Below are positions 26,001 to 39,090 of a stretch of 64,000 nt of DNA, in pieces. Made by a program: the position numbers and the translations under genes. Each line of letters starts with the position of its first letter. Position 1 is the first letter of the stretch. Origin of the DNA: Pelomyxa schiedti (Eukaryota; Protista; Evosea); NCBI GenBank assembly GCA_020536535.1, contig JAHLWZ010000275.1:1-64000 (forward strand), written 5' to 3'. The notes below the pieces were generated by a model. That model worked only from the letters and a program-made list of their open reading frames with translations, did not search any database and was not told the DNA's origin.

Positions 26001-26422
26001 TGTGTCTGTGTCTGTGTCTGCGGCAGTGACTGTGACTGTGCGTGGGGGCGCGTGCTGGCCGCAGTGGCAGCACTCCCCGGTCGCTGCTGCCATCTCTTGT
26101 TGTTGCCGTCGTTGTTGCCAGTACCGCTGCTGCTCGCGGCGAGTGATGCCTTCGACGGCGCCGCGGCGTGGCGGCTGCCGCCGAGCGGCGTAGCAGCCGG
26201 CGACACGGACGGGGTCGGGCTCGCGGCCGCGGCCGGCGACCTGGGCGGCGCGCCTGTTGGTGTTGGCGTCGCCTGCACGTGCTGGTGGTGCTGCTGTTGC
26301 TGCTGTTGGTGCTGGTGCTGGTGCTGGTGTTGTGTCGACTGCGCGGTGTGGGTCGACGGGGCGCCGGCGGTTGCCGACGACGGCTCCGTCAGCTGCGTAA
26401 CAACCAAAGCCGACATTGACAT
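17048..26422 (-). CDS. p400/Domino/SWR1/EAF1-like protein: HSA + degenerate SNF2 ATPase + SANT + Q/P-rich C-terminus; multi-exon
   Basis: HSA KTQWDRVLGEMEWMADGFTRAREDK; helicase-C SNKLDVL..KILILSHM..RFN..ADAVILFDTDW; IGQ..VRIWRLISDNTIE; SANT PWLPSEDLAL..NWDLLSD..RSAAECIQRW. Joining all ORFs into one gene is inferred. Confidence 0.75.
25923..26019. repeat. (TGTGTC)n hexanucleotide repeat, ~16 units, encoding poly-QT on the minus strand
   Basis: Perfect hexamer run inside exon 1 of the p400-like gene. Confidence 0.95.
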
Positions 26423-26692
26423 TGATTGCTTTTTTTGGTTCGTTGTGTGCGTCTCGGGACGCCGAATGGTGTGATGAATACGACGCGACTGGGGAAAAAT
26501 CACAGGAGGAGCTTCGCAAATAAAGAAGTGGTTGCCCTCAGGGGAAAAGAGGGGGAGGAAAGCTGTAGTTTGGTTTTTATTGTTCCAGATCGTGGGAAGT
26601 GTTTAATGTGAGGCACTTGGGTTCCACGGGAATAGTGCTCACCAAGTGGAGTACGGAAGTACAGTAATTCATGGGGAGGGCACCGGGAATCA

Positions 26693-28931
26693 TCACTCTT
26701 TCTTGTTACTCAGAAAGTCTAGTCTTAGTTTCAGTTGTTTGATATCTGACAAGGCAGACATGAATACAAAACAAGGCGAGGAGGAGGCAAGAAATTACAA
26801 ATGTCGAGTAAAATTCTATCACAATTCTCAACAGCGGATTCACTATATAGAAGTTCCATGATGGAGAGTGAGTCTCTGTATCGAGTAATACTTTTTTTAT
26901 GAAGTCCTAGGAGCTCATAGTTGCAGCCTGAGTAAGCCTTGTTTATGAGTTTGGGAATTAGGTACAGTTGGGGATTTAATTCTTTTTACTCTACTAACGG
27001 CGTGGTCATATAAAATTTTTTCAATGGGCAGGAATACTGTATGGTATTCCGAAGGGATGCACTGTACCAACGCCCGGGCTTGAAGTTTGCACTTTGAGAC
27101 GAGAGTCCCGATCTGCTGTATATCTGTGCTCCACTTGGTGTTGAAGGAAAATATGAGTAATAGTACCTAATTCTTTCTGCTCCTCATTTTCATTATGCGC
27201 AGAAATTATGTTGCAGCACTTCATTAATATCGATATAGCAACTGAATAGAAAATCAGGGAATAAGGAAAAATCCCAGCTCTGTAGTTTCTGTAGGCTGCA
27301 TGACAAAGTGCTTGGGCACAAAAAAGCTGGGGCTGCACTGGTGCAAAGACATGTACCTCTTTCTATGTCAAGGATTATTGGTCATATGCCCGTTTCATAC
27401 CGTTAAAGTTCACAGTATCCTTTGGTGTATCCAACTTCAGTAATTGGAAGAAATCTGGGGGTATCGGACATGGTGATTTCTGTGTAGGGATATCCTGAGG
27501 AGGTGTACCAGGTACTTGTTTTGCATTTTGATTGTCAAAGCCAATTGGCTCAACGCTCAAAACTTTATCTTTTTCAGGCACTGTACAGCAAGGGGGTAAT
27601 GTAACATTTTCTGGAAAGTTGGAAATAGTTGCTGGGGGTTCCAAAGGTGCTGCGGGGCTCAATTCTACGGGAATCGAAGGAAGTGCAGGTGGAAAAGCCC
27701 ATGTATTGGCCAGAAATCTATCCAAGGATAGCCTTTGGAGGGGATCTTTCTTTGTTGAGGTTTAGAATGACGCAAAAAAATATCACATACTTGCAGCAGA
27801 CCCTGAAGCAACTCACTGCATGAGGGGTTGAAGGCCGGGAACACTGGTTGGGTTGTGTCGATAAGGTGGATCAGATCTCGATGATTTCTACCAGGAAATG
27901 GCACTGACCCTGTGACTATCTATTTTCATTTCAAATGCATGCACACCGTGAATAGTTGAAACCTCAAAAATGATAACACCTACAGTAGGAAAATGTGACA
28001 CAAAATGAATAGGGACATGGGTACCTGCAGACCAGAGATCCACAGCTGCAGTATAGCGATGAGATCCCTGTAATATTTCAGGAGCCTAAATAACAGTGAG
28101 AGAGAGTAGTGGTATTCAACCAAACTTCATAAAGTGGTGTTCCACAAGTGGTCATAGTGTCACCGATCTTGTCTAACACCCGAGCAAATCCTGGATTACA
28201 ATTACGGGATATATTAATGAGAGGAAGACTACCGAAATCCGCAATTTTTAATACAAGTTGAGTCCCATCATCATGAAGAAGAAGATTTTGCGGCTATATG
28301 AGGTGAGAGACCCGTAAAGGTGCCATATATACCTTGAGGTCTCTGTGCACGACTTGGTGCCGTGAGAGCTCTTGTAGACCGAGTGCTTGAAGATGTTACA
28401 AAGGAATTAGCCAAGGAAAGAAGATCGCACCAATATGCCGGGTGAATTGCACAATAATTGGTTCGGGGATGGGATGAGTTTTTTTAATGTATTGGCTCAG
28501 ATCACCTGCATTACAGAACTCTGTTGCAATGTACAAGTTGTAGCTTATGGGATCCTGTAACAAATTTAACGTTATGTGCACAGTGGTAATGTGATTGGCA
28601 AGGGATGGTACAAATAAATGATCATAATAGAGCAATAGATTATTGTGGGAAAGCATCTTCAAGATGGATATCTCTCTCTGAAAAGCCTTGACCATATACT
28701 GTCGGTCCCTCAACGGTATCTCTTCCAATCTTATCAGCTTTTTTTTTGTGTGGTTTTTTTTTTTTGCCCAAGGGAGAACTACCTTTGATGCCAGCAACGC
28801 GACCATCGTCGTGACGACCTTTATAAACACAAGAGAAGCCACCAGAACTTATGGGTTTGGTGGTCGGAATCCATACATAAACAAGAAAAAACAAACCCAA
28901 GTCTGTCCGTTGACCGGAACCGAAACCCCAT
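26693..28931 (-). CDS. ATG1: ATG1/ULK-like Ser/Thr kinase with C-terminal tandem-MIT-like region; multi-exon, start may lie further upstream
   Basis: DRLG|SGGFSCVYKG, EFCNAGDL, HRDLK|PQNLLL, LKIADFG|FAR, CGTPLY|MAPE, DLWS; C-terminal ELLGLHKKSITRYRDSLSIMELL..IKQLKLRL. Confidence 0.75.
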
Positions 28932-29226
28932 CACGCACCGCATCCTCGCCGACAACCAACAGTTATTACTGCTTTGTTCAAAGTTCCGTACCAACTTGGG
29001 TCATCCAGTTCTGAGGGGCTGAGACTCTGGAACGAGCACTGATTGGAGCCAGACTGGTTACCACATGCGCGACCAGTACCACAGAACCCACCCGTTTGGG
29101 CGTAGTATGTGAGACTCGGGGGAACTTGATAAACTCAAACTAGTCTCAACTTTTTTCAGCCTTTTTTCTGCCGGCCCTCATATATCTTAAGCCTGCCATA
29201 ATTTTTCTACATAAAAACGGGTAGTT

Positions 29227-32200
29227 ATGGACCAGGACCAGATCGCGTACGGAGATTCATTAGTGGCATTCAATAAGCAGGTTGTGGCACAAACAACGTG
29301 CCGCACTGAAGGAGCTTGTGTTTGTGTGCTGCCGTCACACGAGAGTGTTGTGGATGTAATAAAGAGCGTGATTTTGGCAACAAAGAAACCTCGTGTGCGT
29401 AAGTGCACGGTGGTACTGGTGAGCATTCCTCTTTTTTTTTTTTTTTTTTTTCTTTTTTTTTTAAAAAAATTACTCACTCGTAGTGAGGTTCCTACGTTAG
29501 AGTTGGTCACACAAGAGGCTCAGTCTATAGAACGCGCTTTGGGACTTCAGATTGCGAGGTTTGGTTTTTTCCCCCTTTTATTGTGATCTCGTTATGAAGT
29601 GTAACGGACCTTACTAGGCATCCGCGGGCACAGGTTTCCAATGAGACTGGTGACTTTTGGAAAAGGCAGGTGCTTTGGGGCGCAATCTCGGTAGTTTACA
29701 TTTAGCAATAATGTTCTTAGTCAGCCAATAGGTGTGCCCAGATCAATTGCTGGTGGAGTCATTGAACAGATCTCTTTTTGTTCTCACTTGCGCTGATCTC
29801 ATTGTATTTGATTTCTGCAGTGGGGCGGCCAGGCGGCCGTACTTTGGGATCTTGCTTGACAGCTTACTTCAGATTCCTGAGTCATCCAGACCAAGTATTG
29901 TTGGGCTGGTCTGCATGGGAGACCTCATGAATCGGAGTATCATGTTTTCTTCGGAAGTTTGGGAGGTCCTAAAACCTGGAACAGTGTTCTCCCAGGTAAT
30001 GGAATTAGTATTATAACGTTAACGCGTAAGCCTGCCTTAGGTTCGCGCAATTCACGAGCCATACAAGTATTCCGAAGACAAGATTAAATATAGGACTCTG
30101 CTGTGGGAACTGAAAAATCAACCATCACAAGCCCCTTTTCTCTCTAAAATAGAGCCACTTGTTCATGAGCTTAGAGCAGCACTTATGACTCTTCCTCACG
30201 GACTTTTTGGTGTTGTTTTGGTCAAGTCACAGTCAAGTTCCAGCATCTTGGTTGATGTTCTTGGTGGACATCCGCTGTTATGTGACTTTGTTTCTGTGAA
30301 AGAACTCAGTACAATTGGGCCTGGGCAGATCACATCAAAACACCTTTTTATAAGTTGGTCTGTTTCCCCAGATCTAACAGTAATCCTCGTTTAGGCACAG
30401 TTGACTTCTCCTGCTCAATGAATATGTCACTCATTGATTTCCTTGTCTGGTTCGATTTCTCGGATTCCACTTTCATTATCGAGTCGCGGCGTTCCATACA
30501 CTCTAGTTCTGGCATGGCCCGGATCTGTGTGGAGATATGTGATGGAGTCTGCACCTACCGGGCATATAACTCAACTCTTCAATGGCCTGTGGGAGAGATC
30601 CCTCACAATGAAAATTCATCACTGCCTGCCCTGAGTACGGTTGACTCAAGAGAGCAAACATTACTGCCAACCAACACACATGTTGAACCCTCTTCTCCCG
30701 CAGTTACCACTCAAAGCTGTGAAACAAACACTTCTACAAGAAAGGAGATTGAAACTGACACAAATAATCGCTCCACACTTGACACTGACAATAACCTCAA
30801 TCACATCAGTAGCAATCTCACACCTGAGGTGAGTGGGAATAGCTATGCCCCTACCAAAGACACTTCCGATATGAACCCTGATGAGAATCATACCGTGCCG
30901 AATATGATGCCAACGCCTTGCTCTAACCCAAATGACGCGGTCTTACGGAAAGATACTACAAACTCTCCCCCAAGTCCTTCCATGCTTTCCAACTCAATCA
31001 CATCGGCTTCCGGAGTCACAGAACATGTTCTGGATAGCCTGACTTCCACTCGGTTCCCAATATCCCCACTTCCAACCATGGTGCAGTCTCAATCCACGAC
31101 CCCTCCCAGGTTTAAGGTCGGTACTCACACTGAAATTGTTCCAACGAAAATCGTTGCGGATTGTTTGGCAGTACCATTCACACAATCTGAGGATTCCAAG
31201 TGTTATAGAACGTACATGCACGTTCTATCCCGTGAAGGCACACTTTTTCCGTGGTGTCTTTTGACAAACAATAGCTTTATTCCCCTAAAACCTAGTGCTA
31301 TGACTTTCCAAGTCCATATAAAGAGTGACACTGTTCTCGCTTTTCAAATTCGTCCTCATGCTGTTGAAGATTTAACGCCTGAGCAGTTTGAAGCTTCGAA
31401 GGTGCTTTTGCACTCCTTCCATTTCCTCGTTGTTTAACTCTCCCTCCTAGGTTCTTCAGGGGCACCTCTACAAAGTGATTTTCCACGCCGGAAAAAAAGT
31501 CTTTGATTGGAGTAACTCGACCAAAAGAAAGAAATATCTTGTGCTCCCCCTTACTACACAGAGTAGTACCAGTGACAAAATTCAAATAGACTGGAAATCA
31601 ATTTTCCAGATCAGCGCGTTTGTAGCAAAAGCGCAAGATTTCCGAAAACTGTCTGACCAGCATGCTCTAGAACCTCCTAAAACTCATCCAGAAGAACTGC
31701 TTAAAACAATAAATTTCAGCCGCACTAATGGGCCCAATCCTACTGTCCTGTGGACCATATACAATGACAGTCCCTTATACATTCCACAGCGCATCACAGA
31801 AGATACTCCGCTGTCTCCATTCCCAAATCCAGCCGAGTTTGAGACATACTCAAAATTTTATCAATGTCATTGGCACTTGGATGTTTCTCCAGAGCAACAT
31901 CTACTGCAGTGCCGCATCTTTAGAACAGCAAGGGAGAGATTGGACTATGACTACTCTGAATCTCGATTGAAACCAGCGGGAGAAAAGAACAGAGCTGTGG
32001 GTGTTCAAACTATCTCCACCCCCACTGCACCGGCAAGGCACTCACAAGCAATAACGCCACAGAAACCCACAAGCTACCCCTTACTCTGTACGGCTCCGGC
32101 ACGTAATCCCAACGATGTACATAGTATCAACGAGGAAGCTCTCGCTATTGGCTTTGTTATGGGATTTATAGTGGGGTTTGCTTGCAACTTCTCTAATGGG

Positions 32201-34086
32201 AATCTTGTCAAACCCTTATGTGCAACTCCTGTGCAAGTGGATTGCGCACAGCCAAGTCCAGTCGTCAACTCCACATCCGATAAGATTCCTTTGCTGGTTC
32301 CTGAATTGTGTAGGGCGTACCCATTATCCTTTGAAGTTATAAAAGCGTCACTCATGCTTCCAGCAGTTTTACAGCGTATAGAGGTATGTGAAGTTCATTC
32401 TGGTAGCATACTCAAAATTGTGAATAGAAAGTTGCTTTAGTGGCTGAAATTCCTACTATTATCCCCACTCTACAAATGTCATCGACTTCGTCATTGTTGG
32501 CTGCAACTACGGCTATGACTGCAATCGATCCTGAAAATTACGAAACATTGGAGAAATTAGGAGACTCTGTTCTTAAAATCATCGCCACCGTGCACGTGTT
32601 CTGCATCCATCCAGCGACTGCAAACGAAGGCGATTTGACTAATGCAAGAGCTTCACTCATACGAAACGACTTCTTGCAGGAACTAATGGAAAGGTCGTTG
32701 TTACTACCCCATACATTTACAGTGCCTCAACCCTGGAGTACATGGACACCACCTGGACTTACCCTCCCTAGTGAGTGATTTGTTCAATCCACGTAGTTAT
32801 AACTACACACCAGTCTTCAAAAAACGCAGTGTTCCAAATAAAGTTCTTGCCGATATTGTAGAAGCACTGACAGCAACAGTATGGCTTGCCAAGGAACCGG
32901 AGAGAAGTTTTGTAGGTTTGGCACCCAGTAACAAAATCTTCAATGACTTTTTTGATATAGAATCTTGTGCCTTTCTTGCAAGCATGGGTGCGCCGTTCAA
33001 TGCTTGGCAGAGTTATCATCCTCCCGATCCCATTTCCAGACCTTTGGAAGCGTCGCATGTAGTAACAATAGCATCCACACTGAACAAACACATTACAGAT
33101 ACAAAAAATAGAGGCTCTTCTGCAGTACGAATTCAAAAATAAAATATGGATCTCCCAAGCGCTTACCGACTCTGATTCTATTCTCGACAACTATGAACGC
33201 TTAGAATTCCTGGGTGACGCTATTCTAGACATCATAATTGTTGATTACTTGCACAGGTACGCAATTATTAGTTCACAAGCGCCTCGTTCACATCCTACAG
33301 TAAATATCCGACTCAACCCCCAGGAGTTTTAACAAAGCTTCACGGTACATGTGCCTGCAATGAAACTTTTGCCATGTTGTGTGAAAAATCCCACTTGAGC
33401 ACTTTCATCATACCGTATGATTATGAGACAGTATAATTTAACCTTCTAAAAGCTTGTTGTAGGGCTACAGGTGATTCAGCCCTTCCCCCTATAAGAACAG
33501 TGTATCACTGGAGGAATACTGCGTACTTCTCTCCATAATTCTCAAAGAGGAGTACACAGTATTAATCTCCGGTGAAGCACGCTTTACTCTTCAACATTGA
33601 CAAGCACTAGACGCAGGACATACAAAAGCCGATGTTTTTGAAGCTATTGCTGGTGCAGTTTTCCTGGATACAACATTTTCTTATGATCTCACGCGGAAGG
33701 TGTTCTTCCCACTACTCCGAGATTTCCTTGATGCTCAGAGAAATCCTATCTCGTACCGTTCCTTTCCACCATCTGTAACGCTCACCCCCTCTCAGGGATG
33801 TTGAAGTACTCCTGCAGGAAAAGTGTCCAAATGATCCTAGGCCTTTTCGATTCAAAAATTTGGGAGACCAATGGGTGTGCGACGTAATGCTCCACGGGAA
33901 AGTTCTGGCCACGGCGAAGGCTTATTTCAAGCACAATGCGAAGGCAGAAGCAGCACTCTTAGCACTACCTCTTCTTCTACAACCAAACCCAAACACCACA
34001 TCACCAGGCTCTGCCGACTCGCAAACTAAGGAATCAGAGGAAGCTCTAGAATCCCTCCCCAAAAAACGGCGAGTCGTGGGAGCCTA
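29227..34086 (+). CDS. Dicer-like RNase III: degenerate helicase, PAZ, RNase IIIa, RNase IIIb, dsRBD; multi-exon
   Basis: PAZ-like TPLSPFP..ETYSKFY..LVPELC; IIIa ENYETLEKLGDSVLK and ADIVEAL; IIIb NYERLEFLGDAILD and ADVFEAIAGAVFLD; dsRBD VCDVMLHGKVLATAKAYFKHNAKAEAA. Confidence 0.92.
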
Positions 34087-34318
34087 ACGGCAAACACCAC
34101 ATGCACTACATCCCCCCACCAGAATTCAATCCTTGTACCTTTTTCACTAGTGTACTAATTTTGTCCCGTTCTCCTATTGGAGACACAGTTCCCATCTAGC
34201 GAAAAAATGGTCCACTTGATCCCCTGTTTCCCACCCCAAACAGGGCAGCGTTTCCTAGTTTGGAATTGTACAAGAAATCGGTTCCCCGAACGAAAAAATA
34301 TTAAAAAAAACCACAACA

Positions 34319-37208
34319 ATGTCAAGCACCCAACCGGAGCAGCCCGTCATGAGACCAGCAACCAGCACAGCCAACAACAACATCATCAACAACATCCACA
34401 TCGACATAAGCAGTGGTGAAAACAAACAAGCCACCACCGCCAGCACAACCAACAACAACAACACCAACACCAACAGCAGCAGCAGCAGCAGCAGCAAATG
34501 CAGCGGGGGCGCCAGCACCCATAATGAGGGATGCGAGGGCCCGGGGGCGTGCGGGGAGGGGTCGGGGGGCGGCGGCACGGCGCCGTCGTCGGCGGAGGGG
34601 GCTGCGGCGGAGCTGTGGGCGTACGGGGGGGGCAGGGCGACCGCGGTGATTGGCGCCAAGACGTTCCTCAAGCACATAGTGATGACGATCGCGGTAGGCG
34701 TCGTTGTGTTGCTAATAGGCCTGTCTGTGGGCTTCGTCATCGTCAACATGGTCCGAGCTGCTGTAAAGAGGAACCTCGTTTTTGATGGACCCGACTCCCC
34801 CGTCGTTGGTTTGTTTTTTTTTTTTTTTTTTTTTTTTTTTTTCCCCTTCTTCTCGTCCCTAAACAGCTTCGCAGACATTCTTCTGTCAACAGAACCTAAA
34901 CTTGAAAGTATGTATGCCGTAGCTGGGGGTTTGTTTTGATGGGTGGTCTTTCTGGGTGAAAAAAAAAAAAACAGAGTATACCACCTATGAGATGTACTTC
35001 TTCAATATCACAAACCCCAATGAAGTGAAGCAGGGTGCGGCACCACAAATTCAAGAATGCGGCCCCTTCAGATATCACCGATACAACATGTTAATTGCAG
35101 TCTCCTTCAATGGAGATAACACTGAAGCAACGTTTACAAAGCGCAGTGTGACCCTGTACGCAGGGCAACCAGGTGATCTCGACCCAGCCACCGCCAAGAT
35201 TACTTTGATTAACCCATTTTACCTATTTTATATTGTATGCAGTTTCTGTTCTTTAAATTACATTCACCGATTTTAGGGATACTTTGGTTCAGAGAAGGCA
35301 ATGCTAGCGTATTTTGGAGGTTCTGCAGTCTCCTATGTAGTGTCCCGTCTGACTAGTCCAGTATTTTCCTTCTATTCTTACTTTTTTCTAATTGCCGTAG
35401 GGGTTCCAACTGTCTGCAGTGATCGAGACATCAAATTCGTTGCTTCCTTCCATTCGAGATTCCATTCTTAAATCGATGCCCGAAGAGGATTTTTATGAGA
35501 TATGGGCAAATTTTACCTCTGACCCGCCTGGATACCCGTCTACTCTGCGAGTATCCAGTGGTTCCCCTTCTAGGATCTCCCAAACTCAATGTTCGCGCCT
35601 GTGGGATTGCTCTGATCCCATATCATTTTGTGCCAGGGGTTCTTCACGTTGGCGCACAGCTGCTCTGGGCGATACAACTGCAATAGACACCATAGCCCTT
35701 ACTATTGGCTTAAATATTGAGCAAGTCACTTTAGTGTTAAATTGGCTCCGAACCTTCTGGCAAGTGAATGTGACCACCTACATTATTTCCACTCATTCGC
35801 TTTCGTCAATGGATGATGTGGGTTATTGTCAATGGGGAACGGGCTCTATTCTTCCTAGGGGGGGTACAAGCAATTCATCATTTCCAATCGAGCTGGCGAT
35901 CTGGGCCAACAGGACTTTGTCTATAGATTTATCTCTTCACCTCTCTTCTAGCAAGTTGTTACTTTCAGGAACCACCGCACTCACGATACCGGCAAATTAT
36001 GAGTACTTCATGGCACAAAGTGCAGCAAACAACATTACTGCACTACAAACTTGGGGGTTGACCACCTCTGAAGCCAGCATTATTGCCCAGTATTTGACAG
36101 CCCTAGTGCAGTACTACGCACTCACACCACTAGAGGCTGCTTTCAAGGCAGGAGGTTCGCTATTTAGTACTCGTACAGCGTTACAATGGATGTGGGCAAA
36201 AAATTCTGATGGCTCTGATTACCCAGACCCCTTCGCTTCAGCTTTAATGAAAAAAAATGTGTCCCATGCGCTACTTCGAAATGACAGCTCCGTCGAAGAG
36301 GCGCGAGCCAGGAATGGGACCTCTACAGTCAATACTGGGAAAAATGACCTGTCTCTTTTGTGGTGGACTGTGGCGGAAAATGGCGTGTCCGTTATCGACT
36401 GGTGGGAAAAACCAGTCAAATTTGGGGGCATTGGAAGCTCCCAATTCAAGCCTTTTCAGTCATCCACGTCATATAAACCAATAATTTGGACCGGTGAGCT
36501 TGCTCGTACCCTCGAATTTGATGTATGCAAAAGGCTTTTTTTTTATTATGCCTAACTCTCAAACAGTATGTTAAGAATGGAAAGCTTTTTGGTATCGACT
36601 TCAACCACTATCAGCTCAGTCCTAACTGTCTGGATGCCAATTCCACATTTTATATGAGTTTTTCTGGCTTCGCAAACATGACAGCAAGGCCCCATTCAAA
36701 TGGAGTCCCGTACTTTCTCGGCATGCCACATTTCTACATGGCGGAGTCTTGGCTCTCCAATGTTTCTGGACTAACAGCACCGGTGTTCGAAAATCACGGG
36801 ACATTCCTGGAAATACAACCTTTCCTGGGAGCAGTGATGCGATTCGCTAAGAGAATGCAGACCAACTTCTTCATAGACAGTGTGTGGAAAGAGAAGCTGA
36901 GTGTTATGTCACCAAAGCTACCACAACTTATGTACCCTGTTTACTGGGTATCTGAGTCTGGCTGCATGTCGGAAGAGAACGCAACCTCTCTCTATGACGG
37001 TGTGCTTAGTATGGTCAGAATATCGCACATAATCCTCGTGTGTGGAGTCATTGTCGGAACCGTTTTGCTTGTAGCCGGCCTCACATTACTTGCTGTGAGG
37101 ATGGCCCACAAACGGCTGGCCTCAAATGTTATTGCACCAATGGACACAGACCCAGAGACAGATATTCCACTGTCAACGATGGCAAAGGCAACCACCGATT
37201 CTGTGTAA
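34319..37208 (+). CDS. CD36/LIMP-2 scavenger receptor class B (lysosomal integral membrane protein-like); multi-exon
   Basis: N-terminal TM, YFFNITNPNEV..ECGPFRY, VPYFLGMPHFY, HGTFLEIQPFLG, KRMQTN, YPVYWVSE, C-terminal TM. Confidence 0.9.
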
Positions 37209-37264
37209 TTTGCATTATTATTCCCTTGTGTTGTACTCGATAGTGTTAATTCCAAAAAAATTTT

Positions 37265-38993
37265 TTATTTTTTTTTTGCTACTTTTTATTCCTTCTTGGC
37301 GTTCCTTTTTTTCTCAATGGTGCTGGGAGAAGCTCAGGGTGGTTCCTATTCAAAATTTTGTAGATTTCACCTTGGTTCGTTGACCGCTTTAGAGCCTCCA
37401 AATCTTATGATTTTGTTCATGAAAAGAAAATGGAAGGGAAGGAAAGAAACCTTTGGTAGAAAGACGTGGCTCGGCCATTTCACATAGAGGACGTTGTATT
37501 CTACCAAAGCTGGACTGAAAGAAAAAAGGTTCAGAGGGATAAAGAAGAAGGAAAACTCTGCACTTGGTATTTCTTAGTGAGAGTCAGAAAATCCACAATA
37601 CATTCAGGTGGAGCTATTGAGTAGCCGTGGAATAAAGCCGGGTTATGAATGAGACTGTGCCCAACCATCACGCCTTTTTGTAGCTGTTATCCAGTGGGTT
37701 CTAAAAGGAAACCAGTACCTGAGCAGCCTGTGCATTTCCTTATGTACTTCACCTGATTCAAAGATGTCGCACCTCCATTGGCGATGATAGGGATTGATAC
37801 ATTTTCATTTATCTGGAGGAGTTAGGAGAGCGTGAATGTCGCAAAAGTCTTTACCAGCCTTATTGCTGCATGGTTTGCGCGGTCATAAGGTGAGTCTTCC
37901 GGCGTCCTTCCATGCACAGTGATGAACGAGAGCCCACAGTGTTCGGCTCGCTTAGCAATTTCCACCGTCTTCCTGTAATAAGTGAGGCTGAGAAGTGTTG
38001 CTCTATAAAATGTATACTTCAGATCCTTGTTGATTCGAATTTTTATAGAGAATTCTTGTTCTGGGAGTCTGCGGGTTGCAGTGGTCATAATATCATAAAT
38101 TTTCTGTGGCTTTTTAAGCAGTGCACTGCCTAAACCACTTGAAATAACCCAATCTTGGGGGCATCCACAGTTGAGGTCTATTGCATCACAGTTTCTTTTT
38201 TTGCCCAAACAAGATCAGCATGACAGGGAACCGTATCTTCGCAACACACAAGGCAACTTGCTCTGCTGCAGTGGCAAACATTTCAGGATCATTTGCTGCA
38301 AACTGAGCCACACAAGGTCGGTCAAGGTCTTTTTGTGAGGATAAGGATTTCTCATTGTTTTTATCCCAGCGTACTGTCTACTTCGTTGATATTATGTGCC
38401 TCAGTGTCTTTCAAGTTAACGAAATCTTCAGCTACCATCATTTGGGTAAAGGTGATATCAGCCCCCCAGCTAGAGTTTTTTTTTTACTGTGTGTGAATTC
38501 ATACTATTCAGAAATAATGGCGACATACTGTCGGTACAACACACGGCTAGCAATTCTTTTTTTTTGAAAGAAGGTGATATTAGGCAGGAAATGAATACAT
38601 AGCGCTGAGGGATGGAGAGTTACGATGAAAATCGCACCATGGGTGCAGCTACTGTAATCAAACGATCCTCACACAGCATGCTAGACAACACATGAGGCTC
38701 TGATTCTCCTTCTGATTCTCCTCCTCCTTCTTCTTCCCCCTCTTCTTCTGCATCGTCCTCCTCGTTCTTCAGACTATTAGTTCAGCCGACCAAAACGGGT
38801 TATCGAGCATCACCACGCCGTGGTTAAGATTGCCCATAGGAAAAAAGAAACAACAATAAACCTCAGAGGACGTACTGTCCTCTTCGGCGCCATCGTCACT
38901 CTCTTCGTCTTCTTCTTCCTCTGTCGCTGCACTTGTCTCGTCTTCCTCGGGTTCTTCGTCGGGCGCTGTCCGCGAGTACCACAGTTGCCCCAT
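37265..38993 (-). CDS. tRNA-dihydrouridine synthase, DUS4-like; multi-exon
   Basis: AAPMVRFS, VAQFAAND, IDLNCGCPQDW, ITVHGRT, IPIIANG; acidic N-terminal extension. Confidence 0.88.
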
Positions 38994-39090
38994 TGGGGTT
39001 TTGATTAGACGCCGAGGCGAAATCGAAAACGGTGATTGTCGTTTGCTTCGTTTTCATCAAAGGAAGGCCTCCCTGTGCGGAACAAAGAGC

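Noticed and set aside
25485-26519. Antisense and alternative-frame ORFs (poly-CV, poly-DT, poly-RH, poly-SV)
   Set aside because: Shadow ORFs produced by the stop-free hexamer repeat and GC-rich exon. The same applies to the overlapping ORFs at 34255-34878, 39032-39751 and 59385-60467.
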